Part shown: piece after piece, positions 51,556 through 60,468 of the stretch
Position numbering within the stretch: position 1 is the stretch's first letter
How the letters are laid out: the number at the start of each line of letters is the position of its first letter
Source of the DNA: Myxococcota bacterium
GTDB taxonomy: Bacteria > Myxococcota_A > UBA9160 > UBA4427
Length of the DNA stretch: 64,000 nt
Reading direction: 5' to 3'
Assembly (NCBI GenBank): GCA_965250285.1
Contig: OZ252299.1
Span: forward strand, 4,608,001 to 4,672,000
Translations under genes and position numbers: made by a program
Notes under the pieces: generated by a model
What the model was told of the DNA's origin: nothing
What the model saw: only the letters and a program-made list of their open reading frames with translations
The model's database searches: none

Positions 51556-52788
51556 CTACACCGCTCCGCCCGCGGGCCCGTGCCCGGCGCGCTCCGGTGG
51601 ACCGAGTTTCACGACGAGACGATCCGCCTTGCGGCGCGCACCGACGAGATCGCACGTGCGCATGCGGGGCGGCAGCCGAAGCGCGCGGCGCCGCGTGCCG
51701 ACCCGCAACAGCAGCTCGTCGTCGAGCTTCACGACATCGAGCCCTTGATCCGAAGCGCGCACGCCCGCGTCGGCCGAGCCCTCGCCGGCGAGCGGGATGG
51801 TCACGCGGTAGCCATCACCCGACCGGCCGTAGCGGATGCGCGCGCTGCGATCGGCCCCTTCGGCGGGATCGCCGCCGTCGAAGAGCGCCTCACCATGCGC
51901 CTCGAGCGCAGCGATCCCACTCACCTCGTCGGGTCGCAACGGCGCGACGCGCACCGGCAGCGGGGCGAACGCATCCTGCACCTCGCCGAGGCGCTCGGCC
52001 TCGAGCTCGGCCCGGGAAGCAAAGAAGGGCTCGTCGAGCGCGTCCTCGGGCAGCATCCGGTTCATGACGACAGTGTCGCAGGCGAGGTCGAAGAGACAGA
52101 GCTCGGTGTAGGCCCGACGCGCCTCGTCGATCACCATGCGCTCGGGCGTGACGACGAGCCGCACGCTCGTCGACCGATGGGTGAGTCGCGCGCGCAGCTT
52201 CTTGAGCGAATCGAAGACGAACGTCTCGACGTCGCCGAAGACACCGGCATCGGGCAGCGGAGCGGGCACGACGGTGCTCGCGAGGGGCGTCATCACGCGC
52301 GCGATCGCGCCCTGCAGCCGAAGCGCCACCCGCATGCTCGCACGCGCCACCTCGGGCAGGGTCGCGAGGCGCAGCGCGGCGTCGGTCGGTGCGCAGTCGA
52401 CGATCACGAGATCGTGATCGCCCGCCCGAGCGAGCTGCTCGACCGCGAAGAGCGTGGCCAGCTCTTCGGCCCCGGGCAACAGAGCAAGCTCTTCGGCCAC
52501 CACCTCCTCGATGCCCTGATAGCGGAACAGCGAGATCAGATAGTCGCGGATGTGCCCCCAGTGGCGCGCCATCTCGGCGCGCGCATCGACCTCGACGGCA
52601 TCGAGCCCGGGCGCCACCTCGATCGGCTCGGCCGCGAGCCGACGTTCGAGCACATCGCCGAGACTGTGGGCCGAGTCGGCGGAGAGCACGAGCGTGCGCG
52701 TACCGCGGCGAGCGGCCCAAGCGGCCGTGGCAGCGGCGGTCGTCGTCTTGCCCACGCCACCCTTGCCCGTATAGAGGAGCAGCCGCAT
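51556..52788 (-). CDS. ArsA/Get3-family ATPase with HSP20-like C-terminus (second paralogue)
   Basis: TGKGGVGKTT, SADSAHSLGD, PGAEE, DCAPTD, RLVVTPE.MV..E. Confidence 0.9.
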   Translation of the reverse strand: MRLLLYTGKGGVGKTTTAAATAAWAARRGTRTLVLSADSAHSLGDVLERRLAAEPIEVAPGLDAVEVDARAEMARHWGHIRDYLISLFRYQGIEEVVAEELALLPGAEELATLFAVEQLARAGDHDLVIVDCAPTDAALRLATLPEVARASMRVALRLQGAIARVMTPLASTVVPAPLPDAGVFGDVETFVFDSLKKLRARLTHRSTSVRLVVTPERMVIDEARRAYTELCLFDLACDTVVMNRMLPEDALDEPFFASRAELEAERLGEVQDAFAPLPVRVAPLRPDEVSGIAALEAHGEALFDGGDPAEGADRSARIRYGRSGDGYRVTIPLAGEGSADAGVRASDQGLDVVKLDDELLLRVGTRRRALRLPPRMRTCDLVGARRKADRLVVKLGPPERAGHGPAGGAV

Positions 52789-52794
52789 GCGGCG

Positions 52795-52803
52795 ACGATA
52801 TCA
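52795..52803 (-). promoter_or_regulatory. Extended -10 element of a probable leaderless gene
   Basis: Minus-strand TGATATCGT, then 6 nt, then the ATG at 52788. Confidence 0.5.
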
Positions 52804-52954
52804 CGCGACGCGCGGTGAACCCGTGCGCGACCGCACCTGAACGTCGTTCGGTCCGGCCGGACCGCGCACACACGTGCCCCCAGCCGCGGCGATCCGCGGG
52901 GCGAGGGACACCTGCTCTCGAGCGGCCGCGCTGCGCGACCGCGGGCCGAGCCGC

Positions 52955-53389
52955 TCAGGCCTGCGCGGCCGCGTCGAGCCGCGATGCGTGTACGAACGCG
53001 ACACGCCCTCGCGAAGACGGCGTGTGCGCGACGCGCGTACGCGTCGTCCATCGGTGTTCGCACCGCGGACATTCCGCGAGGTGGAGCACCCCGGCGGCTT
53101 CGACCTCGTCGACCCGCACCGAATCGCAGCGGCAGACCGGACACGACGTGGTGCGCCGCGTCGGCGGGCCGAGTCGGCGCTCGGCGCGCGTCGAGAAGCC
53201 ACCGCGCGAGGTGGGCTCCGGAGCCGCGGGTTGGGAGTGGGGGTGGGGGTGAGAAGGGGGGTGGGGGTGGGGGTGGGGGTGGGGGTGAGAATGGGGGTGG
53301 GAATGAGGGGCCAGGGCGAGCTGACTCGCCGGTCGGCCGGGCTGGCGCGTGGACTTCGTGATCGTCGACTGCTTGATCATGGACTGCAT
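52955..53389 (-). CDS. Small zinc-ribbon protein with His-Pro repeat
   Basis: CPVC...CPRCEHRW; (HP)n tract; GGAGG upstream of the ATG. Confidence 0.6.
   Translation of the reverse strand: MQSMIKQSTITKSTRQPGRPASQLALAPHSHPHSHPHPHPHPHPPSHPHPHSQPAAPEPTSRGGFSTRAERRLGPPTRRTTSCPVCRCDSVRVDEVEAAGVLHLAECPRCEHRWTTRTRVAHTPSSRGRVAFVHASRLDAAAQA
53228..53310 (+). repeat. (GGGGGT)n hexamer microsatellite
   Basis: About 12 perfect or degenerate copies; encodes His-Pro on the minus strand. Confidence 0.9.
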
Positions 53390-53449
53390 GGGGGATCGTC
53401 CTCCGTCCGTCGGGCTTCTTGCCCGACACGGGAATCATCCTCACGGGGC

Positions 53450-53466
53450 GTGACGTTTCAGGTCAC
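53450..53466. promoter_or_regulatory. Candidate operator
   Basis: GTGAC-N7-GTCAC between divergent genes. Confidence 0.35.
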
Positions 53467-53661
53467 AGAGCCGGAAGAAAACGAGAATTCCGGCCGATTT
53501 CGACGAGCGCCTCATCTGATCGGCCGTCAGAAAGTCGCACGATCGGATCGGCGCGATCGTATGATGAGAGATCACCTGGAGCCGGCTCACTGCGCGGCCT
53601 CGAGGCCGTCTCGAGCCCCCCTGCGCCGTGCACGGCCCGCCCGTCCGGAGAGCCCCCGTCG

Positions 53662-55212
53662 ATGCGCCCTGCTGATCGCACGATCTCGCTTTTTCGCTTC
53701 GCCCCTCGCGTCGTCGTCCACCTCTTCTCACTGCTCCTGCTCCTCGGCGGCGCCGTCGCGTGCAAGGACGACGCCGAGACGTGCACGCCCCCCGCCTCGA
53801 ACAGCGCAGCGACCGACACGCCCGCCCCCGCGCTCTCGCTGCCGCCGGCCGACACCGGCGTGCCCTTCTTCCAGGGCACCACGTTCGACCCGGCGAGCGT
53901 CGGCTACGCGCTCTCCGAGTTCGTCTTCGCCGGCGAAGCGCTCGCCGTTGCGAGCAGCGAGCCCCTGACCGAAGACGGCCGCTGGACGACCGGCTACACG
54001 AGCACGGCCGCGGGGTACGCCTCGCGCATGGTCGTGATGCGGCCGATCGACCCAGACGACTTCAGCGGCACCGTCTTCGTCGAGTGGATGAACGTGTCGG
54101 GCGGGCTCGATGCGGCCCCCGACTGGAGCACCGGTCACGTCGAGATGATTCGCCGTGGCCACGCCTGGGTCGGCGTCTCGGCCCAGCAGGTCGGCGTCGA
54201 CGGGGGCGGCGGGATCATCCCCGGCCTCGACCTCGGGCTCAAGACGGTGAACCCCGATCGCTATGGGGGATTGGTGCACCCGGGCGACACGTTCTCGTAC
54301 GACATCTTCAGTCAGGCCGGCATGGCCGTACGTGCGCCGGCCGACATCGACCCGCTCGGCGGCCTGAACCCGGTGCGCGTCGTCGCGACCGGTGAATCCC
54401 AGTCGGCGGCGCGGATGGTCACGTATGTGAACGGCGTCGATTCGCTCGCTCGGGTCTTCGACGCGTTCCTGATCCACAGCCGGCTCGGGGGCGCCGCGGC
54501 CCTGCGCAACGATGCGAGCCCCGACCCCACCGTCGACGCCCCGATCGGCACACAGGTTCGAAGCGACGCACGCGTGCCCGTGCTCGTCGTCCAGACCGAG
54601 ACCGACCTGATCGGTCTCGGCTCGATCAACACCCGACGCGACGATGGCGCGAACTACCGGCTCTGGGAGATCCCCGGCACCGGTCATGCCGACCTCTACA
54701 CCCTCGCGCTCGGCGCGATGGACGTGGGCGGCGACGTGAACACCGCGCGCGTCATCGAGAACGCCACACCGATCCCGGGCATCCTGCAATGCGACGAGCC
54801 GGTGAACAGCAACCCGGCGCACCACTTCGTCTACAAAGCGGCCGTGCGCGCGATGAACGACTGGGTCGAGTGCGGCGAGACGCCGCCCGCGGCGGCGCGC
54901 ATCGCGACGACGACCGAAGACGACTCGACCGTCTTCGAAGTCGATGCCGCGGGCAACGCGCTCGGCGGCATCCGCACGCCGTGGGTCGACGCCGCGACAG
55001 CACTTCACACGGGGGACGGCCAGGGCGGCCTGTGCTTCCTCTTCGGCACGAGCCATCTCTTCGACAACGCCGAGCTCGTCGCGCTGCACGGCGACGTGGC
55101 CACATATCGAGAACAGGCGCGCGCGTCGCTCGACGCGGCGATCGCGGGCGGCTTCATCCTCGAAGACGCCGCCCCGATCATCGAGGCGGCGATCGACGAG
55201 GTCACGTTCTAA
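53662..55212 (+). CDS. Lipoprotein with alpha/beta-hydrolase domain
   Basis: Lipobox AVAC; FSGTVFVEWMNVSGG.D, WVGVSAQ, GESQSA, TETD, GTGH, GNALGGIR.P. Confidence 0.82.
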   Translation: MRPADRTISLFRFAPRVVVHLFSLLLLLGGAVACKDDAETCTPPASNSAATDTPAPALSLPPADTGVPFFQGTTFDPASVGYALSEFVFAGEALAVASSEPLTEDGRWTTGYTSTAAGYASRMVVMRPIDPDDFSGTVFVEWMNVSGGLDAAPDWSTGHVEMIRRGHAWVGVSAQQVGVDGGGGIIPGLDLGLKTVNPDRYGGLVHPGDTFSYDIFSQAGMAVRAPADIDPLGGLNPVRVVATGESQSAARMVTYVNGVDSLARVFDAFLIHSRLGGAAALRNDASPDPTVDAPIGTQVRSDARVPVLVVQTETDLIGLGSINTRRDDGANYRLWEIPGTGHADLYTLALGAMDVGGDVNTARVIENATPIPGILQCDEPVNSNPAHHFVYKAAVRAMNDWVECGETPPAAARIATTTEDDSTVFEVDAAGNALGGIRTPWVDAATALHTGDGQGGLCFLFGTSHLFDNAELVALHGDVATYREQARASLDAAIAGGFILEDAAPIIEAAIDEVTF

Positions 55213-55294
55213 CTCGGCGCGCCGCGCACCGCGCGGTGCGCAGACCGCCGGCGAGAAGCGGACCGGCGGCGCCGTGACGACGTGCTCGCTCGAC

Positions 55295-56797
55295 TCAGTC
55301 GGCGCGCAGCTCGCGCTTCAAGATCTTGCCCGTCGGCCCCTTGGGCAGCTCGTCGATGATCTCGACGATGCGCGGATACTTGTACGCAGCGAGCTTCTCT
55401 TTCGCGAAGGCAATGATCTCGTCGGTCGTCACCGAGTGGCCGGCCCCGAGCGCTACCACCGCCTTGACCTCTTCACCATGGGAGTCGTGGGGAATGCCGA
55501 TCACCGCGGCTTCGACGATCGCTTCGTGCTCATAGAGCACCTCTTCGACCTCACGCGGATACACGTTGAAGCCGCCGCGCAGGATCATGTCCTTCTTGCG
55601 ATCGACGATCCAGTAGCAGCCGTCTTCGTCGCGGTAGCCGACGTCACCCGAATGGAACCATCCGTACTGCATGGCCTCCTTCGTCGCGTCGGGTCGGCCG
55701 AGATAGCCCTTCATGATGTTGTGCCCGCGAATGCAGATCTCACCGCGCTCACCGTCGGGCAGCACGTTGCCCGAGTCGTCCATGATGCACAGCTCGACGC
55801 CCCAGACGGGGTAGCCGATCGACCCCGCCTTTCGCGGCTTGTGCATAACGGCAAAGCTCGCGACCGGCGACGTCTCTGAGAGGCCGAACCCCTCGAGGAT
55901 GCTCACGCCGAACTTCGCCTCGAACGCGTTCATCACCTCGAGCGGCATCGGCGCGCCTCCGGTGAGGCAGGCCTCGAGGCACGACACGTCGTAGCTGTCG
56001 GCGTTCTCGTGGTGCAGCAAGGCGAAGTACATCGTGGGCACGCCTGCGAAGATCGTGATTCGATCGCGCTGAATCAGCTCGAAGGCCTCGGTCGGCTCGA
56101 ACCGCGGCAGCAACGTGATGGCGCCGCCGGCTGCGATCGTCGCATTCTGAATGCACGTCTGGCCGAACGAATGGAAGAGCGGCAGTGTCGCCAGCGCCCG
56201 GTAGTCGGCCCGGGCGATCGGCGGCATCAGCCCCGGCACGACCTTCGCGCAGTTCACGAAGAGGTTCGAGTGCGTGAGCTCGGCGCCCTTGGGCTTGCCC
56301 GTCGTCCCCGACGTGTAGAGAATGACTGCCGTGTCGTCGGGATTCGTCTGCTCCGGAAAGTCGATCGGATCGGTCGCCGCCATCGCAGCGACGGTGTCGG
56401 GGCCTTCGCCGCCGGCGAGCACGAACGGAACGCCCGCGGCATCGGCACCGCCGCGCCCAGGGGCTTCGAAGAGCGCATGGGCGATGAGCAGCTTCGCCTT
56501 CGAATCGTCGATGAAGTACTCGACCTCGGGCGCCGCGGCGAGCACGTTGATCGGCACCACCGCCGCACCCGCGTAGAGAATGCCGAAGTACGAGATCGTG
56601 AACTCGGGCACGTTGGGGATGAGCAGCGCCACCGTGTCGCCGGGCTGAATGCCGCGATCGCGCAGCGCAGCCGCGACGCCGCGAGCCGCGCGGTCGAGCT
56701 CGGCGTAGGTCATGGCGGCATCGCCGATTCGGATCACGATGTCGTCGGCGTAATCGGTGGCGCTCGCCTGCAGGATGGTGCCGAGGTTGAGGCTCAT
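55295..56797 (-). CDS. Long-chain acyl-CoA synthetase
   Basis: YTSGTTGKPKG, LPLFHSFG, GFGLSETSP, SGD, DRKKD, GPTGKILK; AGGAG upstream. Confidence 0.95.
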   Translation of the reverse strand: MSLNLGTILQASATDYADDIVIRIGDAAMTYAELDRAARGVAAALRDRGIQPGDTVALLIPNVPEFTISYFGILYAGAAVVPINVLAAAPEVEYFIDDSKAKLLIAHALFEAPGRGGADAAGVPFVLAGGEGPDTVAAMAATDPIDFPEQTNPDDTAVILYTSGTTGKPKGAELTHSNLFVNCAKVVPGLMPPIARADYRALATLPLFHSFGQTCIQNATIAAGGAITLLPRFEPTEAFELIQRDRITIFAGVPTMYFALLHHENADSYDVSCLEACLTGGAPMPLEVMNAFEAKFGVSILEGFGLSETSPVASFAVMHKPRKAGSIGYPVWGVELCIMDDSGNVLPDGERGEICIRGHNIMKGYLGRPDATKEAMQYGWFHSGDVGYRDEDGCYWIVDRKKDMILRGGFNVYPREVEEVLYEHEAIVEAAVIGIPHDSHGEEVKAVVALGAGHSVTTDEIIAFAKEKLAAYKYPRIVEIIDELPKGPTGKILKRELRAD

Positions 56798-56961
56798 GGG
56801 GCGCTCCTGGCTGGGGAGGGTTCGGGGCGGCGGCGCGCGCCAGGCGCGTCGCGCCGCTGTGACGGTCGACGGGGAACGATAGCCCGGATCGACCGGGCCC
56901 CGACGCTGCGGTCGGGTATGATCGGCCGCCCGCCGCGCCCCGCGCGGCCGACGAGGTGCCC

Positions 56962-57864
56962 ATGTCCGAAACCGGCCCGCCCGATCAACCCGCCTCGAAA
57001 CGCGCCCTGTGGCTGCTCGCCCTGGGTGCGGCGGCGGGTCTCGCCGCAGCGTCGTTCGGCTTGATGCAGCCCGGTGAACGAGCGGCACAAGCGCTCCCCG
57101 AGGAGGCGGTCGCGAGCGTCAACGGCGTGTTGATCCAGCGCATCGACTACGAGCGCCTGCTGGCCGGCCTCGCCGCAGACACCCGCAACCCGGTCGACGA
57201 CGACACGCGCCGCCACGTGCTCGACCGGATGATCGACGAAGAGCTGCTCGTGCAGCGCGCGGTCGACCTTGGGCTCGTCGAGGTCGATCGCCGCGTGCGC
57301 GCCGATCTCACGTCGAACCTGATCGAGTCGGTCGTCGCGAGCGCCGAAGACGTCGAGCCGACACGCGACGAGCTCGAGGCGTTCTACGCCGAGAACGCCG
57401 AGTTCTTCACGCAGCCCGGCCGGTGGCGCGTGCGCCAGGTGTACTTTCGGCTGAGCCCCGACACGGACGAAGAAGCGCTCGCCGAGCGCGTCATCGCCGC
57501 CGTCGCCGCGCTGCGCGCAAAGCGCGACATCCAGGACGTCCGGCAGAACTTCGGCGACCAGGAGGTCTCGCCGATCCCCGACACGCTGCTGCCGGCCACC
57601 AAGCTGCGCGAGTACGTCGGCCCGACGGTCACCGAGGCGGCCCTCGGGCTCGAGGTCGGCGAGATCAGCGATCCTGTGCGTTCGGGCACCGGCCTGCACA
57701 TCCTTCAGCTCGTCGATGCCCGCGAGACGGTGTCGCCCGCCTTCGACGCCATCGAGCCCCAGGTGCGCATCGAGTGGCTGAGGCGGCGGGGCGACATCGC
57801 CCTGCGCGCATACCTCGACGGACTGCGCGCCGACGGCGACGTCGTGGTGCGCGAACAGCTCTGA
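56962..57864 (+). CDS. SurA/PpiC-like peptidyl-prolyl isomerase or chaperone
   Basis: N-terminal anchor, VASVNG..I, LDRMIDEELLVQRA..LG, GEISDPVRSG.GLHI. Confidence 0.82.
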   Translation: MSETGPPDQPASKRALWLLALGAAAGLAAASFGLMQPGERAAQALPEEAVASVNGVLIQRIDYERLLAGLAADTRNPVDDDTRRHVLDRMIDEELLVQRAVDLGLVEVDRRVRADLTSNLIESVVASAEDVEPTRDELEAFYAENAEFFTQPGRWRVRQVYFRLSPDTDEEALAERVIAAVAALRAKRDIQDVRQNFGDQEVSPIPDTLLPATKLREYVGPTVTEAALGLEVGEISDPVRSGTGLHILQLVDARETVSPAFDAIEPQVRIEWLRRRGDIALRAYLDGLRADGDVVVREQL

Positions 57865-57911
57865 GCTGCGCCCAGGGCGACACCGTGCTGCACGAACAGC
57901 TCTGAGCTGCG
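57835..57911 (+). repeat. Imperfect tandem duplication of the PPIase 3' end
   Basis: 36-bp copies at 57835-57870 and 57876-57911, with an identical 19-bp core CGAACAGCTCTGAGCTGCG. Confidence 0.8.
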
Positions 57912-57931
57912 GTCGCTCGCCGAGCAGGCCG

Positions 57932-59152
57932 TCAGTCGCGCTGCAAGAGCAGACAGCCGCCGAGGGGGCCTCCGCCGGCGGCGGCGACGGCGATCTTCGG
58001 ATCCCCGTTGACCTGGCGATCGCCGCCCTCTCCCCAGAGCTGCGTCGCGGCTTCGTGCAAGAAGCCGTAGCCGTGCAGCCGGCCCGCCGAAAGCTGGCCA
58101 CCGTGGGTATTGAGCGGAAGCTCACCGTCGAGCGCGATGCGCGCTCCGCCGTCGATGTAGGGGCCGCTCTCGCCCTTGCCGCAGAAGCCCAGCGCCTCGA
58201 GCCAGCTCATCGTGATGAAGCTGAAGCCGTCGTAGAGCTGGGCGACGTCGACGTCGGCCGGCGTGAGGTCGGTCTTCTCCCACAGCATCGCGCCTGCGTC
58301 GCGCAGAGCCATCGTCGTCATGTCGTCGAACTGATCCCACGAGGGTCGGCCGCGGAGCGCAGTGCCGACGCTCGCGACATCGAGCGGGGTCTTGCGCGTG
58401 TCGCGCGCCGCATCGGCGGCGCTGACGATGATCGCGGTCGAACCATCCACGGGGGCGTCGCAGTCGTAGAGACAGAACGGCTCACTGATCATGCGCGCGC
58501 CGAGATAGTCGTCGAGCGTCATCGGGTCACGGTAGACCGCAGCCGGATTCAGGCCCGCGTTCTTGCGCGCGTTGAGCGCGATCCACGCCATCTGTTCCCG
58601 CGTCGTCCCGAACTCGTGGAAGTGGCGCTTCGCCATCATCGCGATCCACACCGCGGCGCTCGCAGCGCCGAAGGGCAGCGTCCACTGCATGAAGCCGCTG
58701 GCGCGAAAGCGGCCCCCGCCTCCCCCGCCGCTCATGCCGATGCCCGCACGGCGCCCACCGCCCTGAGCGGTCGATTCCCAGACGGTCCGAAAGCAGAGCA
58801 CGTGCTTCGCGAGCCCGGTCGCCACGGCCATGCATGCGTTGATGACGCTGCCGAGCTGCCCGGGCAGCTCCATGCCACCGCAGAACCAGTCGAGGTCGAG
58901 CCGCAGCATCTCCTGCACGTCGGTGATGCCTGCACCGGTGAAGCCGGGCGCGCCCGGCACGTTGCCACCGGGATACGTCGAGAGTCCGTCGATGTCGTCG
59001 CGCGTGAGACCGGCGTCGTCGATGGCCGCGAGGCATGCGTCGGCCGTGAGCGAGAGCGGATCCTCACCGAGTCGACGTCCAACCTTCGACTGGCCGACGC
59101 CTGTGATCGCCGCCTGGCCGGCAATGCGGTTGCGCAGATCGGCCGCGCTCAT
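57932..59152 (-). CDS. SCP2/SCP-x-type thiolase-family protein
   Basis: AITGVG, DIDG, NPAA, YDC...VDG, QLYDGFS, NTHGGQLSAGRLHG. Confidence 0.9.
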   Translation of the reverse strand: MSAADLRNRIAGQAAITGVGQSKVGRRLGEDPLSLTADACLAAIDDAGLTRDDIDGLSTYPGGNVPGAPGFTGAGITDVQEMLRLDLDWFCGGMELPGQLGSVINACMAVATGLAKHVLCFRTVWESTAQGGGRRAGIGMSGGGGGGRFRASGFMQWTLPFGAASAAVWIAMMAKRHFHEFGTTREQMAWIALNARKNAGLNPAAVYRDPMTLDDYLGARMISEPFCLYDCDAPVDGSTAIIVSAADAARDTRKTPLDVASVGTALRGRPSWDQFDDMTTMALRDAGAMLWEKTDLTPADVDVAQLYDGFSFITMSWLEALGFCGKGESGPYIDGGARIALDGELPLNTHGGQLSAGRLHGYGFLHEAATQLWGEGGDRQVNGDPKIAVAAAGGGPLGGCLLLQRD

Positions 59153-59598
59153 GCCTCGCCTCCCGGCGGCTCGCGCTTCCACGTCGAGCCTTCGATCGGC
59201 TCGAAGAGCGGGATGTAGACATCGTCCCACTGCTCGAAGCAGACGCGCACGGGCAGGCCGATCTCGACGTCGTCGGGCTCGATGCCCACGAGGTTCGTCG
59301 TGAGGCGGAGGCTCGGCTGCTCTTCGATCTCGACGATCGCGACGATGTACGGCGGATCGAAGCCCGGGATCCACGGCTGATGGTTGATCGTGTACGAGAA
59401 GACGCGACCCCGACCCGACACGGGTGGGGTCTCGAACTCACGCGAGAGGCACGTGGGGCAGACCGGCGACGGCGGGTGGATCAGCGTTCCGCACGCGATG
59501 CAGCGCTGAAAGCGAAGTTCGCCCTCGGCGCCGCCGCCCCAGAAGTGTTCGTTCTCGGGCGTGACGGCGGGCATCACACGGAAGCCGGGTCGGGACAT
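59149..59598 (-). CDS. DUF35 zinc-ribbon/OB-fold protein
   Basis: FW, QRCIACG...HPP..VCP.C, SGRGRVFSYT, IGLPV.V.F. Confidence 0.92.
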   Translation of the reverse strand: MSRPGFRVMPAVTPENEHFWGGGAEGELRFQRCIACGTLIHPPSPVCPTCLSREFETPPVSGRGRVFSYTINHQPWIPGFDPPYIVAIVEIEEQPSLRLTTNLVGIEPDDVEIGLPVRVCFEQWDDVYIPLFEPIEGSTWKREPPGGEA

Positions 59599-59630
59599 GG
59601 GGGACGTGCTCTCCTGGGGCGAGCCGAAAC

Positions 59631-60296
59631 TCAGCTGCGGGTCAGTGTGCGCTGCACGATGCGTGCGGTCGTTTCGACCAGGTCGTCGCGCGTGAGGCCA
59701 ACGCCCTCGAGCTCTCGATGGTATGCCGCGAGGCGTTCGAGGATCGCGCCCATGGCGGCCGCGGCGGCAAGCGGGTTGAGTGAGCCATCCCCCGTCGACG
59801 CTTCGCCGCCGCCGACCCGAGCGGCGATCGCGCGCAGCAGGGGCGTCATCGCCCGGCGACGGACCTCGAGAAAGGCCTGGTTGCCCTCGTCCGCGGCCAT
59901 GTTGCGAACGCGCAGCGCAGCGTGATGCGCATCCCAGTGATCGATGAAGGCACTCGCGAGCGCGCGAGCGCGCTCGAGCCCTGCTTCGCCTTCGAACGAG
60001 CCGTCGACGATCTCGATGATCGTCGTCATCTCGTTCGAGGCCTCGCGCGCGAGGCAGAGCACGATGTCCTCGACGTCCTTGAAGTATTGATAGAAGGTCG
60101 CGGGGGACGTACCGACCCGGCGGGCGATGTCGCTCACGCGCAGGTCGCGCAGGCTCTGCTCGTCGAGCAGCGCCTGGGTCGCTTCGAGCAGCTTCTGCCG
60201 CGTCGCCCGCGCGCGGGGGCCGAGCACGCGACCGCTCTGGTCGACGAAGTCACCGGGCGTGGCCTCGGCGCCGGCTCGTTCGGAGTCGTCGGACAT
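59631..60296 (-). CDS. TetR-family transcriptional regulator
   Basis: TRQKLLEA, V.DIARRVGTSPATFYQYFKD. Confidence 0.93.
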   Translation of the reverse strand: MSDDSERAGAEATPGDFVDQSGRVLGPRARATRQKLLEATQALLDEQSLRDLRVSDIARRVGTSPATFYQYFKDVEDIVLCLAREASNEMTTIIEIVDGSFEGEAGLERARALASAFIDHWDAHHAALRVRNMAADEGNQAFLEVRRRAMTPLLRAIAARVGGGEASTGDGSLNPLAAAAAMGAILERLAAYHRELEGVGLTRDDLVETTARIVQRTLTRS

Positions 60297-60332
60297 GGCG
60301 TTGGCCCCGTCTCTGCGTGCCCCAGATCGATT

Positions 60333-60347
60333 CTGACGCCCCGTCAG
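60333..60347. promoter_or_regulatory. Candidate TetR operator
   Basis: CTGACG-CCC-CGTCAG about 40 nt upstream of the tetR start. Confidence 0.5.
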
Positions 60348-60468
60348 GTCTTGATCCTATCGCAGATCGCCAGATCGCCAGAGCACGATTCGGACCGGGT
60401 GCGCCGGCCCGGGCGCAGCACCTCGGCGCGCCCCGAACCACCCGATCCGACTGCTAGTTTCCCGATCC

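Noticed and set aside
50407..52788. Arsenic-resistance operon
   Set aside because: No arsB, acr3, arsC, arsR or arsD; single-domain ATPases with HSP20-like tails fit the Get3-like group.
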